Program-made: the position numbers and the translations under genes
The notes under the pieces: model-generated
What the model saw: the letters and a program-made list of their open reading frames with translations, nothing else
Told to the model about the DNA's origin: nothing
Databases searched by the model: none
Shown here: piece after piece, positions 42,611 to 52,022 of the stretch
How positions within the stretch are numbered: position 1 is the first letter of the stretch
How the letters are laid out: each line of letters opens with the position of its first letter
IMG/VR virus record: IMGVR_UViG_3300029258_005088
DNA from: a virus
Strand: one strand, 5' to 3'
DNA: 64,000 nt

Positions 42611-43850
42611 CCTGCAACTCCTTGGTTATTTGAGGATCCGCGTGAATGGCGGCTCCGAGTTCCTGCCTCGATACCTTGGACAGCTTCAGACGAGGACATC
42701 CGACTTGAGAACCCGTTCCCGTTATGCCGTTCTGTCCTCCGAGTACGTCGGACAAGGCTTTGACGGGGAACAGATCGCTCGTCAACAGATCGATCAAGGC
42801 CGTATCCCAGTCGAAGTAGACGTAGTATCTCTGGACGTCGTCTTCCGTTTCCAGATCTCCCAGCGTGTCTCCCTCGGGATAGCGGGTGTTCAGCGGACCT
42901 ATGGTACGCATGAGAACGTTGATCTTCCGGCCAGTTTCCGTCAGCGATGCCTTCAAGGTCCTCATGATCACTTCGGCCCGCATCTCGGACTTGACCGAAT
43001 TGGTCGATTTCTTGATCATCTCGATGGTAGCCGTATTGAGGTAGTCCTTGTGGACGCCTCCGGGCGACACCTTTTCCGGGGGCCCCTTTTTCGGAGGACC
43101 TCCGGCTTCCGCGATCTTCTCCTTGATGTGGTTGATATAGATCAGAACGAACGGTTTGCCGGCCTGCATCGGAACCCAGGAGCGGAAATGCTCCGTGATA
43201 AGAGCCGCGGTACGGGCACGGTCGAAACCAGCTACGTCGCCTACGTTCCCGGTCTTCTCCATTGCGGCCTGTGCAGCCGCCGAAGTGAGAGCGCCGATAC
43301 TGTCGGTCAGATAGCAGATGGGTACGTTCGCCTCCGGTACGAGCTCGTCGTACTTCTTCGAATAGAACACCATCGTCTCTATCATCTCCTGCACGTTATG
43401 GACTTCGGTAGTGAAGATGAAGTCCAGGAGATCGTCGTTCTGAATGACGCCGCGGATCTGGTCGTCGTTCGTCTTGAACTCCGCGTCCTCGAAGAACACC
43501 ATCCCAGGGTAAGTATACCGCAGGAACAGTGCGCAGAAGTACCAGCTCATCACCGACTTCAACGAACCCTTCTCACCTACCAGAGATAGCGTACGCTCCA
43601 TGGGAAGTACGCTCACCCCGAGCAGATACTGCATGGGTAGGTTGTTGACCAGTGGTATTCCGTAGACCCTGTCTATGAGGGAGTTCTGCGGAACGGCTCC
43701 TATCTTGGCCAGATCGGTTGCCGCGGAGTTCCGCAGGGAAGTGGCCAATGCCGACATATCAAGGGGACCCGATTTGCCCGCAGGCGCCTTCTTTTTCTTC
43801 GAAGGCGCCTTTGGACTCACGGATACTCCCTTGGCTCTTTTCCGAGCCAT
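42507..43850 (-). CDS. recA: RecA/UvsX-family recombinase
   Basis: P-loop-like GEKGSLKS, FFEDAE, Walker B YLTDSIGAL, IYINHIKEKI, SPGGVHKDY. Confidence 0.8.
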   Translation of the reverse strand: MARKRAKGVSVSPKAPSKKKKAPAGKSGPLDMSALATSLRNSAATDLAKIGAVPQNSLIDRVYGIPLVNNLPMQYLLGVSVLPMERTLSLVGEKGSLKSVMSWYFCALFLRYTYPGMVFFEDAEFKTNDDQIRGVIQNDDLLDFIFTTEVHNVQEMIETMVFYSKKYDELVPEANVPICYLTDSIGALTSAAAQAAMEKTGNVGDVAGFDRARTAALITEHFRSWVPMQAGKPFVLIYINHIKEKIAEAGGPPKKGPPEKVSPGGVHKDYLNTATIEMIKKSTNSVKSEMRAEVIMRTLKASLTETGRKINVLMRTIGPLNTRYPEGDTLGDLETEDDVQRYYVYFDWDTALIDLLTSDLFPVKALSDVLGGQNGITGTGSQVGCPRLKLSKVSRQELGAAIHADPQITKELQDVLGILRKRPYVPPGADASPSVPPSGGQEGEGEG

Positions 43851-43853
43851 GGG

Positions 43854-45641
43854 CTATCCTCCGTTTTGTTCTTTCAGTTTCTGGACCGTGCTCTGGAACT
43901 TGGCTACGTCATCCGCACCCGCCACTCCTGGAGGGATGTTGACGTTCGCCTGGTTCTGGACGTCTATCGGAGGCTGAAGCCCCGGTATGTCGTCCTGTTG
44001 TTGTACGGGATGTGCTTCCTGGACCGGAGCCTCGGCTTGAGGGGGCTGGGCGAATACCGACATGTCCGGTTGCCTACGGCCTCCCGTAGCCTGCGGAGCC
44101 GGCGGTTGTGCCGGTGGAGGCGGTGCCGCAGTCGTCTGCGGAGCGTTGTTTGGCGGGAGCCCCGGAGGGGGCGGTGGAGGCGGAGCCGCAACGCTCGGAG
44201 GGGCTTGATAGCCTCCCTGCGGAGCTGTCATGGCAGGTGCCTGCTGCGCCGGTGGCGGGGGCTGCTGAGGCATCCCTCCCGCTGGAGGCGGGGGAACTGC
44301 CGGAGCGGCCGGTGGAGGCGGTGCCGCCTGTTGCTGTGCCTGTGTGTTCCATGGCTGCTGTTGCGCCGGTGGGGGCGGTGCCGCCGGAGCAGGTGCCGGT
44401 GGCTGTTGCGGCATGCCTCCATGAGGCGCTGCCTGTGGCGTGAACGGCTGCTGTTGCACGGCCGGTGCCTGTTGTTGCTGATACCCTTGCTGCTGGTACC
44501 CTTGCTGCTGGTACCCTTGCTGAGGCGGGGGCGTCCAAGTCGGTTGATGCGCCGGAGCGGCACCTACCGGAAGGATGTGCGCCGCACTGTTCAAGTGGAC
44601 CTCGGGCACCAGATCTGCGTACTTCGTCTCGCGCAATGCGAACGCTACCGCTTGCCAGTTGTAAGCCTCGGCAAGCCATTCCATTACGTCCTCTACCTTC
44701 GGAGTGACGATGACCTGGTCCCAAGGACGCCACACGCTCTGGATGTATTCCGCTGGGAACGGCGTCGGCTCCGGATCGAGATCCGCGCCATACTTCCAGG
44801 AAGAACGACCATGGGATCCCTGATCGAACTTCTGCACGTACAGAACGCGACCGCCCTGGCTAGTCACTATGTCTCCCAACATATTGTTGTGAATGCCCAG
44901 AGGCTGTTCCGGAGTGCGTGGCGTGTTCATCTTCGTGAACAGCTGGTTCTGCACGCCCGAAGGCAGCATGAAGACGACGTTGTTCTGCCACGTCGGATTC
45001 CCGTTGGTGTCCATGATCGGAGTGCCTTGATAGCGTCTTACGGCCACCTGCATGAAAGACGTCACCGTGGGATTCGGCAGACGGCTCTTCCGGCGCTCCT
45101 GATACTGGTTGTCCTTCCAGAACCCATTCCAATCCGCCCACTGCGGAGGAATGCTCGTGAGATGCGCCTTACCGTTCGGCCCCATGGCCAGGATCTCGGA
45201 CTCTGCCTCGCGGAGTTTATTGAATATCTCCTTTACGAAGCATCTCGCCACAGACCAGTTGTCTTCGATGACCGAGCCATCGCGACAGGTCCAGGTATCC
45301 GTCACGAACGACATCATCTTGGGTCCGGCTTTGTACATGATCTCGCCCTGCCAGGCGAAACTGCCTACCTCGGCGATGTCGTAGCTGTCACTGGGCCCGG
45401 ACTCCGCTTCCACCGTATTCTCCGAATCGATGGCGTAGGGATCGTGCTCGTAACCCCCGTCGAAGCAGGGAAGCACACGGATCTCGGTCTGTCCCTTGGG
45501 GACGTCGTTCTCCGTGGGGATGTAGTAGTCCAGAAAGAGGAATCCGGATTCCGGTTTCAGGAAGTGATAGACATACTCCCGTGGTTCGTTGCTGTTCCCG
45601 CCGGAATTGCTCTGGCGGGACCGGCGTGTTCTATACGCCAT
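43854..45641 (-). CDS. putative ssDNA-binding protein (gp32-like N-domain) with ~240-aa Pro/Gln/Ala low-complexity tail
   Basis: TEIRVLPC motif, position between Pol and RecA; tail composition visible directly. Confidence 0.55.
   Translation of the reverse strand: MAYRTRRSRQSNSGGNSNEPREYVYHFLKPESGFLFLDYYIPTENDVPKGQTEIRVLPCFDGGYEHDPYAIDSENTVEAESGPSDSYDIAEVGSFAWQGEIMYKAGPKMMSFVTDTWTCRDGSVIEDNWSVARCFVKEIFNKLREAESEILAMGPNGKAHLTSIPPQWADWNGFWKDNQYQERRKSRLPNPTVTSFMQVAVRRYQGTPIMDTNGNPTWQNNVVFMLPSGVQNQLFTKMNTPRTPEQPLGIHNNMLGDIVTSQGGRVLYVQKFDQGSHGRSSWKYGADLDPEPTPFPAEYIQSVWRPWDQVIVTPKVEDVMEWLAEAYNWQAVAFALRETKYADLVPEVHLNSAAHILPVGAAPAHQPTWTPPPQQGYQQQGYQQQGYQQQQAPAVQQQPFTPQAAPHGGMPQQPPAPAPAAPPPPAQQQPWNTQAQQQAAPPPPAAPAVPPPPAGGMPQQPPPPAQQAPAMTAPQGGYQAPPSVAAPPPPPPPGLPPNNAPQTTAAPPPPAQPPAPQATGGRRQPDMSVFAQPPQAEAPVQEAHPVQQQDDIPGLQPPIDVQNQANVNIPPGVAGADDVAKFQSTVQKLKEQNGG
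44478..44522 (-). repeat. 3 x 15-bp coding tandem repeat (QQGYQ)
   Basis: CTGATACCCTTGCTG, CTGGTACCCTTGCTG, CTGGTACCCTTGCTG on plus strand. Confidence 0.9.
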
Positions 45642-45650
45642 AGTTTTCTC

Positions 45651-47531
45651 CTATGCTGTTTGAGGTTCCCATATCAATAAATTACCCTGCTCGTCGTGAA
45701 CAGGTACAGCGTCCTTGTACCACCTACGCATCAAGGCTCCTTCCACCTCGATGTTGACGTGCGGTATCGCCTGCTGCATGCCGAGCACCATCAGTTGGTT
45801 GATGTGCTGTATCCGGGTCTGCAGGTATTCGTCGTTCTTGAGTTCCGTGATGATCTCGTCATGCACGAAGTTCACCATCCGGTAGCTCGCAAGCCACATA
45901 TACCACAAAGCGATCCGGGCGCCGTCGGCGGCCAGTCCCTGGAAGTGGTAGTTGCATGCGCTGCAGAAGCCGGCATTCCGTCGAATGCGTCCGGTTATGG
46001 TCTGTGCTATGTAGCGATCCTCTTCTTTGGTGCTGAACGCGGTATCGACCTGTTGCTTGAAATGCTTGTGCATCTCGGGGAAGAAGTCGATCCACAGCTT
46101 CTTCAGCTCTCTGCATCTGTCCTCCGGCAGGCTTACCCCGTACTGGTTGAGTGCGAGATACTGGAAAGTCTTGATTCCAAGACCTCCCGGGAAGCCGAAG
46201 TTGCATGCCTTGGCCATCTGCCTCTCTTCCTTGGACACGAGATCGATGTCGTGCCCCTTTCCTACTACCTGTGCCGCAAACCACTTGTGTACGTCCAGCC
46301 CGTTGTTGATGACTTCCGCCATCTTGCTGAAACCGAACCGTATGAGACAACTCTCGGCCAGGGCGCAAAGCTCCAGCTGGGAATAGTCCGCGGCGTAAAA
46401 GAGATATCCCGGCGTCGGTATGTAGATGCCTCGGATGTTCTCCTTTCTGGGAAGATTCTGCAGGTTGGGGCCCCGACAACTCGTACGACCCGTCCTCACC
46501 AAAGGAGTGAAGTACGGATGAACTCTGTTGTCGTCCCTAACCAGGTTTTCGTTTAGATACGTGGACAGGATCTTCTGTTCGTGTTCCGAGTCCTTGAACG
46601 CGGTTATGAACGGATGCTCACGGTTTCCCATGGGCGCAAGACTCTCGTCCGTTATCTGTATGTCGCCTTTCTTCTCGGTCCTCTTGAACCTAAGGTCCTT
46701 GTTTCCCTCCAGGGCTTGTAGCTGTTCCTCCACAGTGAGCAGAATACTCTGCAGCACCTTCTGGTTTCCGGCCTCTCCGGTATAATACCCGAATACGGCA
46801 AGCGTTTCGTCGTTCGCCATGCGCCTCTCCGTGAAGTCCTTGTGAAGGGTCTGCATGTAGTTTCTGTCCACGTACATGCCGCGCCGTCCTATGTCGGACA
46901 ACGCCACGAAGCCCACGGTCTGATGCCATTCCGTGGGATAGGGTTCGTTCATTCCGGTAACTTCGCGGAGCTGTGCCGTGGCGGCGGCATCCGCGGCCAT
47001 GTACTTGAGATGTCTCTCGGTCACGGCCATTCCCGGACGGAACGTCAGTCGGATCTCCTCGTCCTTGTCCAGCTCCAGTCTCAGCAACTGTCTGCACACC
47101 AGGTCGAGATTCCACTTCTTGGCGACTCTTCCCACGCTCAGTTGCCTGAGCATGTATCTTATGCCCGTGTCCGTTACGCGCTCCTGTTGAAGCGCCCGGA
47201 GCATGGGCTCGTTGTAATCATTCTTGATTCCGATCACGTCCAAGTCGAACGGCGCGTTGTGGAAAACGGCCTCGAACTCCGGATTCATGGAATAGAACTC
47301 GATCAGGTACTTACGCATGAGGTGGGCGGGTATGACGTCCACCTGTCTCAGAGCCTGACAGCATACCTGCATGAATGCGGGTATGACGGGCTTGCCCGGA
47401 ACGAGCTTCACCGTCTCCGTGTCTATCGCGTACGGGAGCCTCCTCTCGGGCCCCTGCATAGCGACCATGGACTCGTCGTATACTCTGAGGTTGTATACGT
47501 AACTACCTACGGTTAGATGCATCTGGTCCAA
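45651..47531 (-). CDS. polA: DNA polymerase family A with 3'-5' exonuclease domain
   Basis: ExoI AIDTET, ExoII HNAPFD, ExoIII YMAADA; TGRTSCRGPNLQNLP, motif A ADYSQLEL, B RQMAKACNFG, C VHDEI. Confidence 0.97.
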   Translation of the reverse strand: MDQMHLTVGSYVYNLRVYDESMVAMQGPERRLPYAIDTETVKLVPGKPVIPAFMQVCCQALRQVDVIPAHLMRKYLIEFYSMNPEFEAVFHNAPFDLDVIGIKNDYNEPMLRALQQERVTDTGIRYMLRQLSVGRVAKKWNLDLVCRQLLRLELDKDEEIRLTFRPGMAVTERHLKYMAADAAATAQLREVTGMNEPYPTEWHQTVGFVALSDIGRRGMYVDRNYMQTLHKDFTERRMANDETLAVFGYYTGEAGNQKVLQSILLTVEEQLQALEGNKDLRFKRTEKKGDIQITDESLAPMGNREHPFITAFKDSEHEQKILSTYLNENLVRDDNRVHPYFTPLVRTGRTSCRGPNLQNLPRKENIRGIYIPTPGYLFYAADYSQLELCALAESCLIRFGFSKMAEVINNGLDVHKWFAAQVVGKGHDIDLVSKEERQMAKACNFGFPGGLGIKTFQYLALNQYGVSLPEDRCRELKKLWIDFFPEMHKHFKQQVDTAFSTKEEDRYIAQTITGRIRRNAGFCSACNYHFQGLAADGARIALWYMWLASYRMVNFVHDEIITELKNDEYLQTRIQHINQLMVLGMQQAIPHVNIEVEGALMRRWYKDAVPVHDEQGNLLIWEPQTA

Positions 47532-48568
47532 GCCTCCGTTTGCAACTGGTCGAGGTACGACTTCGGCAGTTTCGCCGGATCATATCCCTCTGGCAGTCTC
47601 AGCTGGGCACATCCCCGTGGGAACACCGCCTCCGATCGGAGACGCTCCACCAGGTATTCGGCCTTGGCCTGTCCTTTGGCGTCGTCGGCGTCGATGCATA
47701 CCAAGCACCTGCCTCCGAAACCAAACAGGAGTTTCAACAGTCGTATCTGATAGGCGTTCAGGTCCTTCCCGAACATGGCCATGGCATGCGGCCCGATGCG
47801 CCAGACGTCGGTGACGCCTTCGCACAGGACTACGTCCAGGCACCTCATCGCGACGTCCCTGTTGTAGAGGCATCTAGATTTGGTGAAGCTCGAGTTCAGA
47901 TACTTGAACGGATCCTTCGGCCTGTCCTCCAGCCTTCTGAGCTGGTATCCGACGAGGTGCCTACCCTGTATCACCGGGATAAGCAACCTGTCTTCGTACA
48001 GGACCTTCTCTTCGGAGCCTTCCGTGGCTTCCTGCCATACCGTGCCCTTCGGAGCGTAATGCACGAAGAACTTGTTGGCGAGGTCCTGCGGATCGAAATG
48101 CCTTCCGTAGAGGTACTGATGCACCTCGCCGGGGACGTCCGCCGACAATATCGGAAGACATCCCTTCGGAAGCTCCACTGACTGTTGTATGATACCTACG
48201 AACTTCGTCGGCTTCTCCACGACTTCCCCTTGCGGGATCTCCATCTTGGATAGCTGCCTGCCGAGGTCGCATCCCTCGTTCTGGCACCTGTACAGCTTGC
48301 CGAAGTAATAGGTCACCGTTCCCTGCTTCGTGGTCTGGCCATAGAGATGGCTGAAGTAGAGACGGTTTCGGGTATCGCCACATAGCGGACAGTTTATGGA
48401 GTAACATTCACCCCAGTGTTCCACGAAGGCATACCTCTTGGTATTTCTGGACAATCTAGTCCTCTTCACCGGAGGGCAGCTGAACATGCCTGGCTGCCCT
48501 TCGTTGCACACCACGGGCTCGTGCCCGAAGTGTCGCTGAAGAGCTATGTACAAGGCATCGTTCATCAT
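47513..48568 (-). CDS. dnaG: DnaG-like DNA primase (Zn-binding + TOPRIM)
   Basis: CPLCGD...CQNEGC, RLLIPV, KYLNS, LCEGVTD, CIDADD. Confidence 0.88.
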   Translation of the reverse strand: MMNDALYIALQRHFGHEPVVCNEGQPGMFSCPPVKRTRLSRNTKRYAFVEHWGECYSINCPLCGDTRNRLYFSHLYGQTTKQGTVTYYFGKLYRCQNEGCDLGRQLSKMEIPQGEVVEKPTKFVGIIQQSVELPKGCLPILSADVPGEVHQYLYGRHFDPQDLANKFFVHYAPKGTVWQEATEGSEEKVLYEDRLLIPVIQGRHLVGYQLRRLEDRPKDPFKYLNSSFTKSRCLYNRDVAMRCLDVVLCEGVTDVWRIGPHAMAMFGKDLNAYQIRLLKLLFGFGGRCLVCIDADDAKGQAKAEYLVERLRSEAVFPRGCAQLRLPEGYDPAKLPKSYLDQLQTEAWTRCI

Positions 48569-50013
48569 ATCTGAACCCCTCCCAGAGCGTCGTCATTGAC
48601 CATGTCGTTGGTTCTCCTAGGGACGTTGCCCAAATCGCTGAATCCCGTGGAGGTGGTCGGCTCTACGGTCTTGAACATTCCTCTGTCGCCGTCGAGCTCC
48701 AATTCGCCCGAGGTTCTTGCAGAGGATCGGGCTTTGTCGCAGTTTATCTTTGTCCTGTTGTCGGAGTCCAGCTTGCCTACGGCGAAACCGAATTCGAACA
48801 GGTTGTTGAGGTTGGAGTCTTCCTGGGCGTCATGCGTCGTTACCTTCGCATTCGCTCCCATGCCGGCCTTGGCGCCTTTCACCTGATGGAGGACGAGCAA
48901 ACGACTGTTCCTGTCCTTTATTCCCTGGATCAGGGTATCGAGCCAGTCCGATGCCGCGTTTCTGTCTCTGGCATCGGAGCTTCTCTGCATCTGCATGAGC
49001 ATACGGCTACGCAGACGGCCCCACCAGTCGAGCACCACGAGGTCTATCTGCTGCCCCATGGCCAGAAGCCTGTCTATGGGTGCGAACAGATCCTCGATAC
49101 GCATGTTCGGTCCGCCTGCCTTCTTCCTGCAGTCCACGAAATGGAAGTAGGTCTTCCACTCGTTCTTCGCCACCTCGAGCCTCTCGAGTACGTCCGGGGG
49201 AGCGGCATGCCTACCCTTCTTGAGAACGGATCTCGGAGCCTGTGCGCCGAGCATCGCCTGACGCATCGCCATGTCTCCCTCGAGAGCCTGTTCCGTGGAT
49301 AGATACACGACGTGCGAATGCCGGGCCACTCTATAGGCCGACAGCTGCATGCCGATGGTTGTCTTCCCGCCGCCACTGGGAGCGACGAGCAGGATGCATT
49401 CCTTCGGAGCGGCGCCGCCGTCCAAGGCATTGTCCATGAACTGGAGTCCGAGCTTCATCCGCTCTTCCTCGTGCATGGCATCCCAGATGTTGTCCCATGC
49501 GGTCTGTTCGTGTAGGTTGACGAAGGGGTCGCCGCGTAGGATGTCTTCGGCCTCTTCCCATGCGTTCTTTATCTCGTCCAGATCGTCGGTGCTCTGCATG
49601 GATCTCGACAGCTTCTGTGCCTCGAATCTCTGCAAGTGATCGAGCAACCATTGTTGGCACCAGGCATCCGCCCACTGCGTTTCCTTGTACCACTCCGTCA
49701 GCTCTCTTCTGTAGGATGCCAGATACTCCTCCGGGAACGGCGGTTGTCCGCCGACGGGAGTCATCTCTATCCAGTGATCGTTGAGCTCTCTACAGAGAAC
49801 GTCCAGCGGCGGAATGCCGTTGAACTCCATGAAGTACATGTGTACCGCATTGAGCAGGAAATGAAGATCGCCATCCTCCGCGAGGAAATCGCTGGCCAGC
49901 ACACGCCGACCGATGGCACTCAACAGGTGAGGCCTGAGGATCAGGTGCTTCACTATTATCTTATTCCGTTGCCGCTCTTCTATTCTAGCGGGGTAGGAAC
50001 TGTCTGGCAGCAT
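48565..50013 (-). CDS. dnaB: DnaB-like replicative helicase
   Basis: Walker A APSGGGKTT, YLSTE, Walker B VVLDW, LHQV, CDKAR. Confidence 0.88.
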   Translation of the reverse strand: MLPDSSYPARIEERQRNKIIVKHLILRPHLLSAIGRRVLASDFLAEDGDLHFLLNAVHMYFMEFNGIPPLDVLCRELNDHWIEMTPVGGQPPFPEEYLASYRRELTEWYKETQWADAWCQQWLLDHLQRFEAQKLSRSMQSTDDLDEIKNAWEEAEDILRGDPFVNLHEQTAWDNIWDAMHEEERMKLGLQFMDNALDGGAAPKECILLVAPSGGGKTTIGMQLSAYRVARHSHVVYLSTEQALEGDMAMRQAMLGAQAPRSVLKKGRHAAPPDVLERLEVAKNEWKTYFHFVDCRKKAGGPNMRIEDLFAPIDRLLAMGQQIDLVVLDWWGRLRSRMLMQMQRSSDARDRNAASDWLDTLIQGIKDRNSRLLVLHQVKGAKAGMGANAKVTTHDAQEDSNLNNLFEFGFAVGKLDSDNRTKINCDKARSSARTSGELELDGDRGMFKTVEPTTSTGFSDLGNVPRRTNDMVNDDALGGVQI

Positions 50014-50548
50014 TGGGCATCTCCAAGTAAGCGTTCAGCTTCGGTGAATGGTTTATGAACTCCGGCATCCCTCTCAGGACGTCTCCGGCGCTCGATGAGT
50101 ACTTCTCCACGACTTTGCCGGGAGCCTCGAGATGTAGCGCCGCTTCCACGCGGGCCACCGGACCGATCTCGAGCATGTCGTCCATGAGCACGTCTTCCAT
50201 GTCTCGCATTCTGGCGGAGGTCTTCGCCTCGTCCATGTGAATGTCCATCTGTACTCTGGCATATCGATCGCAATCCGTCTTCCATTCTAGAAAGTCGTGC
50301 CAAGTACCGTCCTTCGTCAGGAAGTTCAGCTTCTGCAGGTTGTCCAGTCTTCCCGGGCCGTTCACGTAATGGATCACCCAGAACGCGAACTCCCAGGAGG
50401 AGTACGGCGAGCTCTTTATTCTATGATCCAACTGAGACCACTGAGATGACATGTACGGTACCCATGCGCCTCCGGTATGGAAGCTTATGGCCGAGATCAC
50501 GTCACCATGAAGGATCCCAGTTGTCCACAAGATACCAGCCTTTTCCAT
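49985..50548 (-). CDS. hypothetical protein
   Basis: ORF between helicases, GGAG RBS. Confidence 0.65.
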   Translation of the reverse strand: MEKAGILWTTGILHGDVISAISFHTGGAWVPYMSSQWSQLDHRIKSSPYSSWEFAFWVIHYVNGPGRLDNLQKLNFLTKDGTWHDFLEWKTDCDRYARVQMDIHMDEAKTSARMRDMEDVLMDDMLEIGPVARVEAALHLEAPGKVVEKYSSSAGDVLRGMPEFINHSPKLNAYLEMPNAARQFLPR

Positions 50549-51923
50549 GATACTGCGCTCTCCTGTTGTGTGATCTGTGTAAATACCAGTCGCCGAAATG
50601 ATCTATGAAGTCGACCAATATCCCCACCGGCTTGTGACCTATCCGGCTGAGCCGTCCAGGTATCTGGGTACATTCGATCGGCGACGTCTGTCCGTCACCG
50701 CGTATCAACACCTTCAAGTGGGTGAAGTCCACGCCCTCGTTCCATACGGGAGTGCAGATCACTTTCTTAAGGTCGTTCGCCTCGAAGCTCTTTCGCATGG
50801 ACTCGACGTCCACTTCTCTGAGATGTTCGTCCTGATCGGCCACTATGCCCATCTCGAGGAACTGCTTCCACTTCGTATTGTCTATGCCTCTGTGCACGAT
50901 CTTGAAATGGGGAAGCAGTCTGTGTAGATGCAGTACGTGCTCGGCCGTCTTCACCATGATGAGCGTCTGAGCGTCCGGAGGGAAGGCGTTCGCCACCTCC
51001 GCTATCTTCTTGTTGCGTGCGACGTGTCTCCAGTAACCGTGCCGCTCCAGTGCGACGTTGGACTTGAACTTGAACTGTCTGCGGCTGGCTACGTTAACCA
51101 GACGAACCTCGATAGGCGATACGATGCCGGCTTTTTCCGCCGACTTGTAGTCCACCTCGATTATGGAAGGACCGAACAGGGCCTCGACCAGTCTGTCGGA
51201 GTTGTTTCCGCGACCCTCCGGAGAGGCGCTGAATCCGAAACGACGGGCCGTGCTGAAGCGTCCCAGCTCATTGGCGACGGCAAGGCTTCCTGACCTGTGT
51301 ACCTCATCGTACAGAACGAGGTCCGGCCAGTCTCCGGGTATCTTGTGGAGGGACTTGTCGGTAGCGACTATTATATCCGAATCCAGCCGCAGGCGCTTAC
51401 TCCCTCCCAGCTCGGATACGGACTGTTTGCAATTATCGGCGAGATCGTCGTGAAGCCTTCCTCGAACCTCCGCGGACCTCGTAGTCACGAGGATCTTCAG
51501 GTGAGGGTATACGCGGCATATCTGCTTTATGAGAAAGGACTTTCCACTGCCCGTAGGACAGTTTATGATTCCGAAGTACGAGTGTATGACCGCGGCCAGG
51601 GACTCGGGCTGAAACTCCCGTAGAGGCTGTACCTGTGAAAGCAGTGCCTCAGGAATGGGTTCCCGCCTGTCGTCCAGCTCGGCGTCGATCTTGTACCGCT
51701 TGCAGGCCCTCAGTATTCTGGGCAGAAGACCTGAATGTACGAGAGCGGTTTTGACGCCATCGTGTCCGATCTCTTCGACGAAAAGATTCTGCCGCGTGTA
51801 CTTGTAACCTTGTTTCGCACCCGGACCTCGCTGCTTGTCCCTCTGGCTATACGAGCACGAGGGGACGAGCTGCTGACTCCAAGGGCGTAGCAATAGCGTA
51901 TTGCCACGAACTGTGATTCGCAT
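50502..51923 (-). CDS. SF2 (UvsW/Rad25-like) helicase
   Basis: CPTGSGKS, YDEVH, GFSASP, WNEGVD, QIPGRLSR. Confidence 0.9.
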   Translation of the reverse strand: MRITVRGNTLLLRPWSQQLVPSCSYSQRDKQRGPGAKQGYKYTRQNLFVEEIGHDGVKTALVHSGLLPRILRACKRYKIDAELDDRREPIPEALLSQVQPLREFQPESLAAVIHSYFGIINCPTGSGKSFLIKQICRVYPHLKILVTTRSAEVRGRLHDDLADNCKQSVSELGGSKRLRLDSDIIVATDKSLHKIPGDWPDLVLYDEVHRSGSLAVANELGRFSTARRFGFSASPEGRGNNSDRLVEALFGPSIIEVDYKSAEKAGIVSPIEVRLVNVASRRQFKFKSNVALERHGYWRHVARNKKIAEVANAFPPDAQTLIMVKTAEHVLHLHRLLPHFKIVHRGIDNTKWKQFLEMGIVADQDEHLREVDVESMRKSFEANDLKKVICTPVWNEGVDFTHLKVLIRGDGQTSPIECTQIPGRLSRIGHKPVGILVDFIDHFGDWYLHRSHNRRAQYHGKGWYLVDNWDPSW

Positions 51924-51940
51924 GAATTCCTCCTAGGTCT

Positions 51941-51969
51941 AGGATAATGCGAGGGATATGAGCGTGCAA
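51941..51969 (-). promoter_or_regulatory. sigma70-like promoter heading the replication operon
   Basis: TTGCAC-N17-TATCCT, then GGAGG RBS and ATG 51923. Confidence 0.6.
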
Positions 51970-51985
51970 GTGGTTTGTGAGAAGA

Positions 51986-52012
51986 GAGGCGGGAATTTTT
52001 TGTTCCCGCCTC
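51986..52012 (-). terminator. terminator-like hairpin after sbcC
   Basis: GAGGCGGGAA-caaaaaa-TTCCCGCCTC followed by TCTTCTC. Confidence 0.65.
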
Positions 52013-52022
52013 CGTAACCTTC

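Noticed and set aside
43866-45680. 604-aa plus-strand ORF, and similar long plus-strand ORFs at 39590, 42528, 52446, 37820, 22470 and 33093
   Set aside because: Antisense shadows of well-supported minus-strand genes in GC-rich DNA, with R/L/P-rich non-protein-like composition and no motifs
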